Assembly: GCA_051942205.1 (NCBI GenBank)
Contig: JAVECO010000036.1
Span: 1 to 64,000, forward strand
Source: Coniocarpon cinnabarinum
Lineage: Eukaryota
DNA: 64,000 bases
Direction: 5' to 3'
Shown: positions 51,031 through 62,300 of the stretch, in pieces
Layout: each line of letters opens with the position of its first letter
Position numbering within the stretch: position 1 is the stretch's first letter
Program-made: the position numbers and the translations under genes
The notes under the pieces: generated by a model
What the model saw: the letters and a program-made list of their open reading frames with translations, nothing else
Databases searched by the model: none
What the model was told of the DNA's origin: nothing

Positions 51031-52774
51031 TTTTGCAATGTCACCGATCATCATCATTTCTTTAGTGTTGATCATACGTGGCCATAAGCATTACCATGGC
51101 CATGTTATCCCCTTTGCTTTCCATGGAATCAACGACTCCCCATCGAGCATGCGCTAACGTCTTTCCAGGCCCATGGAGCCCGTCATGCAATGTCTTGCCA
51201 CCATGGGGCTGGCCGATTACAGAGGCACGGATCTCTTTGGGTGCGGCAGCACCGTCGGAAATTTACTTCGGTTCGTTCTCTAAGCCTTTCCAGATCGCCG
51301 CTGAGGTGTTTTGCAATGTTGTACTAACCTCTGACAGGTCAGCCCCGTGGCAAAGGCGGGTTCCATGGAGCACGTAGAACCTGAAGATTGTGAGATTCAA
51401 GAAGTGAGTGATACTGTGAGTGAGACGTCTATGAGTTAAGCGAAATATACTGATCCTGCAAGCAAGTTAAATCTGGGTTACTCACCGGAACAGCAGGCAG
51501 CGGCGAATGCGCTGGAGGAGGAGTTTCTGGACCTTGAGGGTGGGGGCGGTCCAGCAACTCCTCCTCCAGCACAGACGGCGCTTCCTGCTGTTCCTGGACA
51601 AGCTCTGGGACGTCGATCGCAGGACGGACTTGGGGGCCCACCAACGATAGATGGACAGCTTGCAGGTGGTCCCCAAGTCCGTCAGACAAAAGCGTCAAAG
51701 AGCCACACAGGACCAGCTGTCCACGTTGGAGATTGAGTTCAACAAAAACCTGCGTCCGGGCATTGATTGATGCGGTAATGGTGAACTTTTCAAGATGGGA
51801 AAGTCAAATGGGAGGAGACTTCAAAGACGTTGAGATCATGAAGGTCAAGGGGAAGTTTCGGATCGGGCCTGCCAATTGTTTCGATATTCATCACGCTCTG
51901 GTTTCGTCTTCCGCGTTGCTGTTATCCCTGTTCTATATGCGCTCTAGGAACATCGCGGTCGTCGCAAGAACAAGTGCTGGAGGGTCCATGGGAGTGGAAG
52001 ATAGTGGGGAGGAGGGCGACTTGAACATTCGTGAAGTCGGTCGGAGGTTGGTGGAGTACTCTCGCTCCAAGCTACAATGAAGTTTCTGTCATCAATGGCG
52101 GATGTGATGCTGACCCAAGCACGAAGCACGAACACCATCTGTCCCTGCTGAGCGCGGCACAACATCATGGAGCTACAGTAATTGAGCGTCATATGCGTCA
52201 GTGCTCCCAATACGGCAATTCTGTCAGCTTCTCAGCGCCAGCATTACTAGCGCCGCACGAACCGATGCCATCAATGCTCGCTCTCCGTGATTCCATCGGA
52301 CCTTCCAGAGGCCAGCTCAATCTCCGAGCCGTACCCTCAGCCATCGAGGCCGATTACAAGCACTTCAAGTTGCGTCAGATCGAAAAAATCTACATTTTCA
52401 GAGCCGGACGTGGTCGCGCACACGAATACTCCAGATCGGGATGTGCAGTAGAGAGGCCAGGGAGAAGGGGATCTGGTCCTTGTCGACGCCGCGAGTGACA
52501 TCATTTTTCTCCCCAAAGATCTAAAGCTGCGTTGGAAGGAGAATCCCCTCCCCACTTCATAGCGAAAATTGCGGAGGACTCTGAAGATCTCAGATTACGA
52601 TGGAGGGTCCCCCTCCACTTCTTAGCGGAAAACGAGGACTCTGAACGTTGCCTGCAACCACTTGGCGAAGTGGTGGACGAGCGATCATCAATTCGGCTTC
52701 CGGTGCTGGAAGGCCTCGAAGCCAGCAGACGAGACAAAAATTGGCTGGAGCAACCGACAAGAAGACAGGGGGGC

Positions 52775-52870
52775 CCCCACAACAGCCCTTGGAGCAGCTG
52801 GCCCTGCGGGTCAACAATGCAACTGCCACCGCGGCAGACGAACTCATTGTTTTGATCTTTGAGAAACTCA
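52775..52870 (-). pseudogene. Short nitrilase (carbon-nitrogen hydrolase) gene fragment
   Basis: EFVCRGGSCIVDPQGQLLQGLLW resembles the GGS.I..P.G..LAGPLW motif of fungal nitrilases; the flanks do not continue the similarity. Confidence 0.6.
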
Positions 52871-54530
52871 CTGGAAGACTCGTCAATTTCCCTTGTCACC
52901 GAATCCTCAAGATCATCGCATCATTGTATACAGCGGCGCCAATCGATACGCTGGAGATGGATTTCGGGGTCGCGGTCGGACTGCGAAACTTCCATTGTCA
53001 GATCCGCGACTTTGATGACACAGATCCCGACTGGTCGTACTGGGATGTTGTCGTTGAAGTCGTGCGTGGGACGTTTCCAACAACCTTGACGAAACCATCA
53101 TTGACCTGCGTAAATAGTCAGACCTGGGATGCGCAATTCTTCAATTATCAATTAACATACATTTTTGAGATAATGATATGTCTTCCACATAATCTACTTT
53201 GTGATCAGCTCAGCGTGTTCCCTGCGACCTTCGCAAGGCAATGATATGCATCAAATGCAGAGATATAATGCCCGTCTTAAACCCGATACTTCATTTGGAG
53301 CAACTGAAGATCGTGTTGAAGCTTTTACATCTAACGAGGCGCTAATAACGCTTCATCCAGCGAGCCTTCCTGCTGATCCTATCTCTCACACTTTTGGGCG
53401 CCACTTTTTATTTCCTTCTCGCCGCTGTCATGCGCGAAGAGAACCTGCTTCATGCCTCGAAGGCGGGTCTCAAAATATGCCGTCGACCACTCGAGAAACC
53501 CCAGCATTCAGCCACGGCATCGACGCAGGATCTCTTTCATTTGACGAGCGATCGTCTCAGCCTCGCTAGCCATGAGCAAGCCCTACTGGAGCTGGTCCAA
53601 TAGGCAAGTATCACCAACCTGCCAAGACACTCTGGCTTGTGAAACACATGTTCGTCGTTTTCGATCTGGATGCTCTCTCTACAACGCTCCAGACACAGCT
53701 ATAGCAACTATTCGAGCTTTAGAGCTTCATTGGAAACATGGTTGCTTCGTAGATGGCACAGGAGATGGAGCAAGCTTTGAGTTACACATGTTGGATCGGG
53801 GGGCGATCGCAATGGAGTCCGTCTTTGTCAGCGCCGAGACAAAACCACCACTCTCGTCAATTGCATGCGACGCTTGTTGTGAGACCCAGGAAGGCGAGTC
53901 AATGCCGGTCTAGACGCAGTGCAACCCAGCAGTGGACGTCGATGAGGGGCTCGTCGGTTAGCACGAAGAAGGGCACGCGCCCTGGAGCACAAAGTGGGAC
54001 AATGGCCAAGACCTTGGTGTTGATACATCTTTCACCTGATGCTCATATCGTTCGCAGTCAATCGCCATCTCACCGTGCTCGGTATCTCTGTCGTCGCTCC
54101 CCAATGGACAGTCTCCAGCCCCGCAATTTCGAGCGCCACACCCATGAGTCAAGGTCCGGGATGCCCGTTTCGCATACCATAATACTGCATACAGTAAAAG
54201 TCAATGTGCCGTGGCTGATGCCGATCTCCTGCAAAAATACGCTCTGGATGGACATCACACTTGCACAGTCCTAGACAGTCTAGGCTGAGCTAATGATGGT
54301 CTCCGGCTGTGGGCTGTCACTGGTCGGCCACCTCGGAGGAAACCACGTCACCCCTGCAAGTCTCGGGCGTATCGAGCAACCTTTTGCTTCGGAACATGGG
54401 TAGCAGCGATGGCGTACTCGAGCTTCAATAACAGTCGCACGTCCCGCCACCTTCTTCACGCCTCGGAACTGGGACTTCTGTGTGTAGCTGTTCAGGCATT
54501 GACCACGCACATTGCAAGACTCTCACCAAC

Positions 54531-56141
54531 ATGACGGTGGGACTCAGCGCGAATCTGCCCGTGCATCCTGGAAACACCACTCAAGATGGATTTCCCCAAG
54601 AGCTGCCCGGATGGGACGGATACGTGGAGTGGGAGAAGTACCCCGACCGCAAACGGAGAGCCGCTGAGATCCTGAAGTCGAAGAAGAGCAGCTTCGCCGG
54701 CGTATGTGCCTCAAGCTGAAGCTGTCGTGGCGGACACTGATCGAGTGGACAGTTTCCCGAGTTCCAAATGCAACCGCTGCCCAAGACCAATCCAGTACTC
54801 GAAGGCGTGCGCTGGAAGCAATACCACGATGCGCTCGGCTTGTCCGGACTGTACAAGCAAAGCTGGGAAAGCGTCCTCAAGGAGAAGACGCCCGAGATGA
54901 CACACTTGCTGCAGTTTCCGTACAACGGGGAGTCGCCACGCAAAACCCTGGTGAACGAGGTGATTACGCCGAATGAGGAGTTCTTCGTCCGCAATCATGG
55001 CGGCATTCCTTACATTGACAAGGACGCCTGGTTCGTGGACGTCGAAGGCCTTGTGAAAAATCCACGGCGCTTGACCCTTGCCGACCTGCAAGACGAATCC
55101 AAGTTCCCTCGCATGTCTGTTGTCTCAACCATTCAGTGCTCCGGCACTCGTCGCATCGAGCAGATCAACACCTACCCAGGTGACGGTGACGAGTTAATCA
55201 ATGCACCGTGGGGCGAAGGCGCCATCGGCAACGCCCGCTGGACGGGAGTCAGCCTCAAGAAAGTGATCAAACACTGCGGCGGACTAGCCGAGGGGGGCAA
55301 ACACCTTGAGTTCTTCGGCGCCGATACCTACTACAAGAAGATGGCTATGCAAAACTACGTCGTCTCCATCCCCTGGCGCAAAGTCAAGATTCACGAAGCC
55401 ATGCTCGCCTGGGAAATGAACGGCCAGCCTCTCCCGCGCATCCACGGCTATCCCGTCCGTATCGTCGTCTTCGGCTACATCGGCGCCCGCTCCGTCAAAT
55501 GGCTCACGCGCATCCGTGCCATCTCCTCGGAGTCTCGCGCCCCTGTCCAAAAGAAAGAGTATCTCCACTACTCCAACCAGCTCTCCAAATACAACAACAG
55601 CTTCTCAGCCGGCATCAGCATTCTGGACATGCCTGTGTCCTCTGCAATCATGGAGCCGAGAGATGGTACCGTGATCCCACACGATGGCAAGATCTTTCTC
55701 AAAGGCTGGGCCTACAGCGGCAAGGGCTTCCCCGTGCGTGTCGAGGTGTCGTTCGATGGCGGTGTGATCTGGTATGAGGCTGAACACCTGAGCAAGAAGT
55801 ATTTCCACGCGTGGCGCATCTGGGAGACATGGGTCCCCGTCGATCCCGAAGGCTGGATCGAGGTCCTCGTGCGCTGCTGGGATGACGCATTGAATACGCA
55901 GCCGAATTTTCAGCGGAGCGCCTGGAACTGGGATTTGCACGTCACCCACTCGTGCCATCGTATTAAGCTGTTTAGTATCAACAAGAGTCGGGAGAAGACC
56001 AGGCGGCGGCTGGAGGCCATGGAGAAGGCGGGGGAGCCGTTGGAACCGCTCACTAAACCGCTGGAAGATCTGGATATTGAGGGAGATGAGGAATTCGAGG
56101 CCAATTACGCGAAGCAAGGTTACAGGGATCCTGAGGAGTGA
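54531..56141 (+). CDS. Sulfite oxidase family molybdopterin oxidoreductase lacking a cytochrome b5 domain (about 519 aa). Exons 54531-54701, 54753-56141
   Basis: FFVRNHG, Mo-ligand QCSGTRR, GAIGNARWTG, MNGQPLPRIHGYPVR, GARSVKWL, and dimerisation domain GWAYSG..RVEVS.DGG; intron 54702-54752. Confidence 0.93.
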
Positions 56142-56229
56142 AAATAGTGATCTCAAGACGAGGTCATGGACGGCTTTATACCTCTCAATGCCATAAATTT
56201 ACAGCTTCATCGCCCTCTGCGCACGCCGT

Positions 56230-57204
56230 TCACGAATTCCGTAGCTTCGAACTCGAAAACCGCGCCCGCTTGCTTGCCCTCGGTGCCTCTTCCTCATCCA
56301 CAGGCACATCCCATCCCGCCTCAGCCGCCTGCCGCCGCACATTCTCCGCCCACAGCGCATCCACACCGCCACTACCACGTGAATTCTTGCCCTGAGCTCG
56401 TTCGCCGCCTCTTCTGGGGCCCTGAGTGCTGTCTACGGCAACTAGCGCCTGCTTTTTCACCAAAGCGCCGCCGGGTCCTCGAATTCTCGGCGCCTTTGCT
56501 ACGGAATCCGGCGTTGCGTCAAGAGAAACAGATTTACCCTTGCTTTCGGCCACGGGAGCTGCTGTTTCGGACTTTTTCCTCTTACCTGTTTTTCTGTCTT
56601 TCGTTGCAGCAGTTTCAGGGGGCGGATCGTCACTTTCACTTGCCGGGATTGGCGGGTCCCAAGGGGTTTTGTCCGGATTTTTGGGCGTTCTGCTGGGCAG
56701 TGGTTTACGGCGCTGGTATTTGCGCTTTTTCCCTAAATCTTTGGTGTTGGCGGGGGTGATGGGTTTGCTGCTGGGATTGGTATCTGGGACATAGTGGAGG
56801 TTAGGGGAGCAAATTCTGTCAAATTGGCCCTGGAATACTTGAATTTTAGGAAAATACAGGTAGAGGAAAGACTTACCAAGCTTTTGGGATGCAGCCGCCC
56901 CAGAAGGAGACTCCCATGGAGCCTCTTGCGTGTATTTGTCAAACAAAGACTTCACGTCACCGAAGAAGTCCTTCAGATTTTCGATCTCGGCCTCATTTTG
57001 GTCGACGCGTTGTTTCAGAGCTTGATTCGCTGCTTTCAATTCCAGGATGTCGGCCTTCATGGCCTGGACATCATTGTTGGCGGCGGCGGTGGTGCGAGCT
57101 TTGGTGGCAGACGCCTTTCTAGACGCAGTAGCTGGTGACATTGCTGCTGGTGACACTGGCGGGCCGTAACTCCGCTTCCAATGATCAGATCCCTTCGTGA
57201 GCAT
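56230..57204 (-). CDS. Hypothetical protein: N-terminal coiled coil with a basic, disordered C-terminus
   Basis: Long ORF with the heptad segment VQAMKADILELKAANQALKQRVDQNEAEIENLK and NLS-like KKRK/KRKK clusters. The start and a possible intron near 56876 are uncertain. Confidence 0.6.
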   Translation of the reverse strand: MLTKGSDHWKRSYGPPVSPAAMSPATASRKASATKARTTAAANNDVQAMKADILELKAANQALKQRVDQNEAEIENLKDFFGDVKSLFDKYTQEAPWESPSGAAASQKLGKSFLYLYFPKIQVFQGQFDRICSPNLHYVPDTNPSSKPITPANTKDLGKKRKYQRRKPLPSRTPKNPDKTPWDPPIPASESDDPPPETAATKDRKTGKRKKSETAAPVAESKGKSVSLDATPDSVAKAPRIRGPGGALVKKQALVAVDSTQGPRRGGERAQGKNSRGSGGVDALWAENVRRQAAEAGWDVPVDEEEAPRASKRARFSSSKLRNS

Positions 57205-60200
57205 GTGCAATGAAGTTTAAGAAGCTGGTGAGGGCTGGTGGTACACTACTTTAGGGGATCCAAGGTCAAAAGTCAGACAATGTGCAGGAGAAGTTGGTTA
57301 AGCGAATCAGAGCAAGAACATGAACATAATTATGGACGGACAAGGGAAGCGGGCGCCTAGCACTAAGCTCCGCAAGGTATAGCGCCCACCTCGAAGCTGG
57401 ACCTCGACAAGACCATCACCTGGGTTACACGCGGAGCCCAGTGGATTTGGGCAAAGGTCATCGAGCTGTGTACTTTAGCTGCTGTACAACTTTTTAGAAT
57501 GGACAAGAATGTCAGCCGTGGGCCTCTTGTACGGTCGGCGAATCCTCTCTGAGCTGGGCGGCGAAGTCTGTCAGTGCAACTTTTTTGAGCTGTCTTCACC
57601 GTCGCACTGTCCTGTGCCATTTCTCATGGCTTTCATGTGACTCTATAGGTAATGGAGCAGTCATTTGCTATGTGATCCTTCGGAAAATGCGTTGACATGA
57701 ATGCGATTCACGTTTAGTGATTGCGATTGTGCAATTATTTTTGCGGATTTGCTTCTTCGCACACCAGTAAAAACCTGCCCGTCTTCTTTTGGAGCAGTGC
57801 TGGAGTGCTTCCAAAGGGTTCCAGGCCCCCACAGAACTTCTCCTCGGTGGACTCGTCACGCGCAAATTACAGTTTTAATCTCCATCACCTCTGCCTCGCT
57901 CCATAGGATTTCCCAGAACACCACATTAGACGCCTATCATAGCTTGTCATCAGGCTCGAGATCATGGGAGACGTCTCTTTGGGACTCGCTGGGATGCGAG
58001 GAAATACCACGGCAGCGAGAAGGGCCCCGCCCTGATCCGCGGGGCAAATCGAGCAGGACGAGCCTCGCAGTCATTTCAAGAGACGAGCTGTGCGGAAGGC
58101 TCCACTAGCCTCCTCAAACGCATGGTTGTTTGACAAACATCGGCAATCCAACACGCAAGCACCCAGCAGATCCGATTTCAAGACTTGAAGCTTCAGTTAA
58201 ATTAGGAACAGCTCTTCATTTGGAATCCAGACAAGCTCCTTCAACCTCCAGGTCATTCGATTGTCCTTGGCGGTAGCCAACGAACCCTCGCCCACTGGAA
58301 CCGCACATACGCAGAGACTCAAATGAAACGCCCAAGACCTCCTCTATCTGAGCAGACTCAATTCGAGCTATTACACGATTAGAGAAGTTTCCTCTTGCCA
58401 CGAGTCTCCCCCAGGCCTTTTATGTGCCCTCCCTGAATCGCCATTGTGCGCTTGGATCCAGCGATTCCGGGGTCACTCAGACTGCGCAAAGGAGAGACTG
58501 TTGCTTATTCTTATGCCAGAAGGAGAATGTGGGCCTCGCTTCTCGACGACCAAGATAGCTGCTCTTAATTGGACTCAGGCACGACGAGAACCCTCCGCCT
58601 TCAAAAAGTCGAGGCGGAGGAAAGGAAAGTCGCGTGTGTCCGTGCCGAATTAAAGGATGGGCTTGCTACATCATCAGAACCAATAACGGGACAGAGAGAT
58701 GGATTAGGGGGAGATCTGGACACATCCATACCCTGCGGCAAACATCTTAGTTCAGCTGTCAGTACCATTGATACGCGAGTTCATCGAATACCTGCTGCGC
58801 ACCAAGAAGAGGATGATAGACAAGCACATGAGGAGTGGGCACGGCGTTGTTCAAGTGGGCTGTCCTGTAAGTGATTCATCTCGCCATTTCTCACATGCGA
58901 TTGACTCTTAGCTTCCAGCAAAAGCTACCACCAAAAGATCTGGCCTTATCGCCCTATCTCATACCAGATCCCACGACCGGGTCATGGACTTTATCCAAAG
59001 ACAGTTTGACACTGTTTCACCTCCTCCAAACAGTACACAGCTCACAGATTGTCTTCAGCAGTGGTTATAAAAACAAATGGCGCGTCAGATGATGAAAGTC
59101 AATACAAGAGAAGTTGCAAGGGTTCTGTCCAAGACAATGGGTATCTGATTTGTTGAACTCGCCGTACCCCACACCCGTCCGTAATTTCTGAGTTACCCAG
59201 CGACAGGCACAAAGATAGAAAGCAGTCTCAGCGCCATGGATTCACAGCAGAACCATGGCCAAGCCGGACAGATCGCATGTGGTCAATTTGAAAGCCTCTT
59301 GCCACAAACGCAGACCCAAAAACGAAGAGGTGGCCCTGGCGAAGAGAGACGCCCAAGAAGGATCCAGAAAAAGACCTTGCGCATCATCTCGTAGGGGCAT
59401 CACAAAAATAATCATGAACCGTTTGAAGCTACTGCGCAAAAGTCAGCGACTCCTCAGAACCATCCATACACTCCGATCGAGCCGAACTGCACACGTCCAA
59501 GTTGAAAGCCTCCAGCTCCACAGGATCAACGTCAGCAGAAGTAGCGCAGGCCGCGAATAGCGCATCAGAAGAGTCTGGAAATACAAGATGAAGAGAATCA
59601 ACTTGCGCAGCGGGCTCAAAAGAGACATAATCGAATTGGAAGCCTGTGGTCTCGCCATGAAGACGTTCAGCTGAAGAGGCATCTCCTACACGAGCTGCAG
59701 CAATTGAGGACGCTTGATAAAAGTCTGCAATTGCAAAGGGAAAAGGAAGAGCTTGCGCATTATCTCCTAGGACCGCTGGAGGATCAATCACACACATGTT
59801 CAAGACCCAGGGCCAATGAATGCGTCGGCGCAGCATCGTGGCGGCTCTGTCCCCCTCCGATCTGCCTTCCTACGAGTCGAGGAGACACCTTTGAGAACAC
59901 CTGGCCGGCCCCTTGTTCATCGCAAGCCCCTCATGCTGGACGGACGAAGGAGACACAAATTGAATTGATACGGAACCGCTTGTTGGACACATTAAAAGGA
60001 CAAATGTGCATTCAAAGAAGAGATGCAGAGACTGTAGCTAGCGTTATCTAGAGCCACGACAGTATGGCCATTGGAATGAAAATTAATCATCGAGTAGTTG
60101 AGCCCCGATCCAGCCTTAATTGAAGAAGATCATCTCCAGCGGTCACGATACAAAGAAACAGAGAGCTTCTGAGCTTCTTGTTAATCCCAAAGCAATGATA

Positions 60201-61340
60201 ACCCGTCGAAGGGGCTGCTTCCCTCTACGTGGACATTTTTGCGCCCGATTTCGGCCCCGGTAATTACAAGTGAATCATGCGCTGCAGCTTGCACTTCCCA
60301 AATTAAGGTCCACAGCTCTTCGATAGACAAGATGCACACTACATAGACTTCGTACGGACAACAGAAAAGCCAGCGCAGGACCCAAGAGAGCGGCAGGCGG
60401 CTCTGACGGTGGCAAACACCACACGCAAAACGTCCAAGCTTACAGCGAGCAGCCTCGTGCGCTGACAGCGATCCGTCCAGAAGCACGAGACCCTCGCTTC
60501 CGCCACTAGATTATCACCTGTAGGCAGCTGATGACGAAATCAGGCGCTAGTAGGTTTCAGGTGCTTAATCAAAGCCCGGTTGCTGCGAGGGGTGTGACTA
60601 TTATCACGCTAGCGTGCTCACTTGACCAGGTTTTCTTGGGCGCCGCTCTTCCTCTGTAGCTTTCTGATGACTGCCATCACCGACTGGTTCGTTGTTTCGC
60701 TGGTCGAAGACGATGTGTCTTTAAACCTCATGGGATAATCGCAGCGAATGTCTTTCTGACTGGCTTCACACATTCAACGACAGGGAGCGGACTTACCGCC
60801 GTCATGAATGAGTCATTACCGCCTTTGCAGCCACCGTGTCCAACTTCTGTTGTGCTTCGCTTGTCACCCGCTCACCAATTCAATCCGATTGCTTTTCAGA
60901 CCTCTCGCAATCACTTGAGCCAGGGACAGCGAGCTCACAAGTCGCTTCAAACCATTGCAGGTGACACGAGCGGAGTGCCACAAGGACGCCAAAGTCGCTC
61001 GGATCCAGACACTCTTCAGAGATGCCAGAAGCGACTACCTCTCTACATCAAGACAGTAGCAACATCAATCCTCGCACAAAACTTACTTGAGTGGTACGTG
61101 AGAATCAGATTTTGCGTCAGCGATGGAAAATTCACTTCTTCTTTGTTGATGTTGAAAATTTTCACCTTCGTCAATCGGATTCGGTGGCAATCATGACCAA
61201 GATGGTGATGACAAGCATCGTGTTCTTTGAGAGCTTGCGGCTAACGAAGCTTAGACGTCTCTGGACTCATGCGATCCCTGGATCTTCGTTGTCCTGGCCG
61301 ACTCAAATGAGGACCACCCAATCACGACACACACGTCGAG

Positions 61341-62300
61341 ATGCAGATGAGGTTTACGGTGGTCTTGGTTGCCCTTGTAGCCACGAACGTCTGCGTCAAT
61401 GACGATCATGTCTCAGCCTCTGCGGACTACTGCAAGATTCGGGGTACATCCACCGGTCTTCTGTCATTGTCGTCTGCGACTCCATTTACGCCCACTTCGG
61501 CCAAGATGAGTTCAAAGATTTCCGATGTTGTCAGCAAACGCTCCGTCAACAACGACAATGCAGTTCGCTATCACTTAATCAGCCATAAAGGAGTCAATCA
61601 CCGCTCGATAGACAACTCAACTTCGTATGCTAGAGCTTGATTCGCCATCGGGCAGCCAACCACCACTCCATCAGCCACCATGAAACCTCGATATACAACT
61701 CAATTTTGTTAAGCAGGATTTGACCGGCCATTGAAGCAGTCATTCACAACACAACTCCAATATACATCATCGCATGGTAGGACTTGATTTGCCGTCAAGG
61801 CAGTCAGCCACAACACAACTTCGATATACATCATCGCATGGTAGGGCTTGATTTGCCATCGAGGCAGTCAGCCACAACACAACGTCGATATACATCACCG
61901 CATGGTAGGACTTGATTTGCCATCAAGGCAGTCAGCCAAAACACAACTTCGCTCGCTAGGACTTGACTGGTCATCAAAGCAGTCAGCCACAATACAATTC
62001 CATTAGCTACCACTTAAGTAGCCATCAAGCAGTCATCCACCGCTCACTCGGCCGTGAAGCAGTTAGCCACGACTTGATCAGCCCCTTTCTGGTCAGTCAC
62101 TCCTCGATCGACCGCAATACAGTCAACGCTTCGCTCTGTGCTCAGTCAGCAGCATGTCAAGTATTTGTGACACCAGCTTGGGGCCCCTCGCCATTCAGAC
62201 GTTATAGTGGAAACGGCAATTATAGCCATCCACGCAATTCGAGCCACACACCTCAAACCAATGACATGCATGGTATTGACGCCATATGCAGCGCTCTGTA
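61341..62300 (+). pseudogene. Decayed secreted Ser/Thr-rich repeat (mucin-like) protein gene
   Basis: Signal-peptide-like MRFTVVLVALVATNVC followed by remnants of a QSATTQSAIK-like decapeptide with stops and frameshifts. Confidence 0.45.
61737..62090. repeat. 64-bp minisatellite (3 full units plus shorter degenerate units)
   Basis: CAGTCA anchors at 61737, 61801, 61865 and 61929 (period 64), then 61980, 62030 and 62060. Confidence 0.9.

Noticed and set aside
58444..60051. Possible spliced orphan gene (GTAAGT at 58867, acceptor near 58911)
   Set aside because: The frames are interrupted by stops and no family was recognised; at most a decayed remnant.
61737..62090. Regularly spaced repeats as a CRISPR array
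   Set aside because: Units are similar along their whole length with no unique spacers, there are no cas genes, and the context is eukaryotic.
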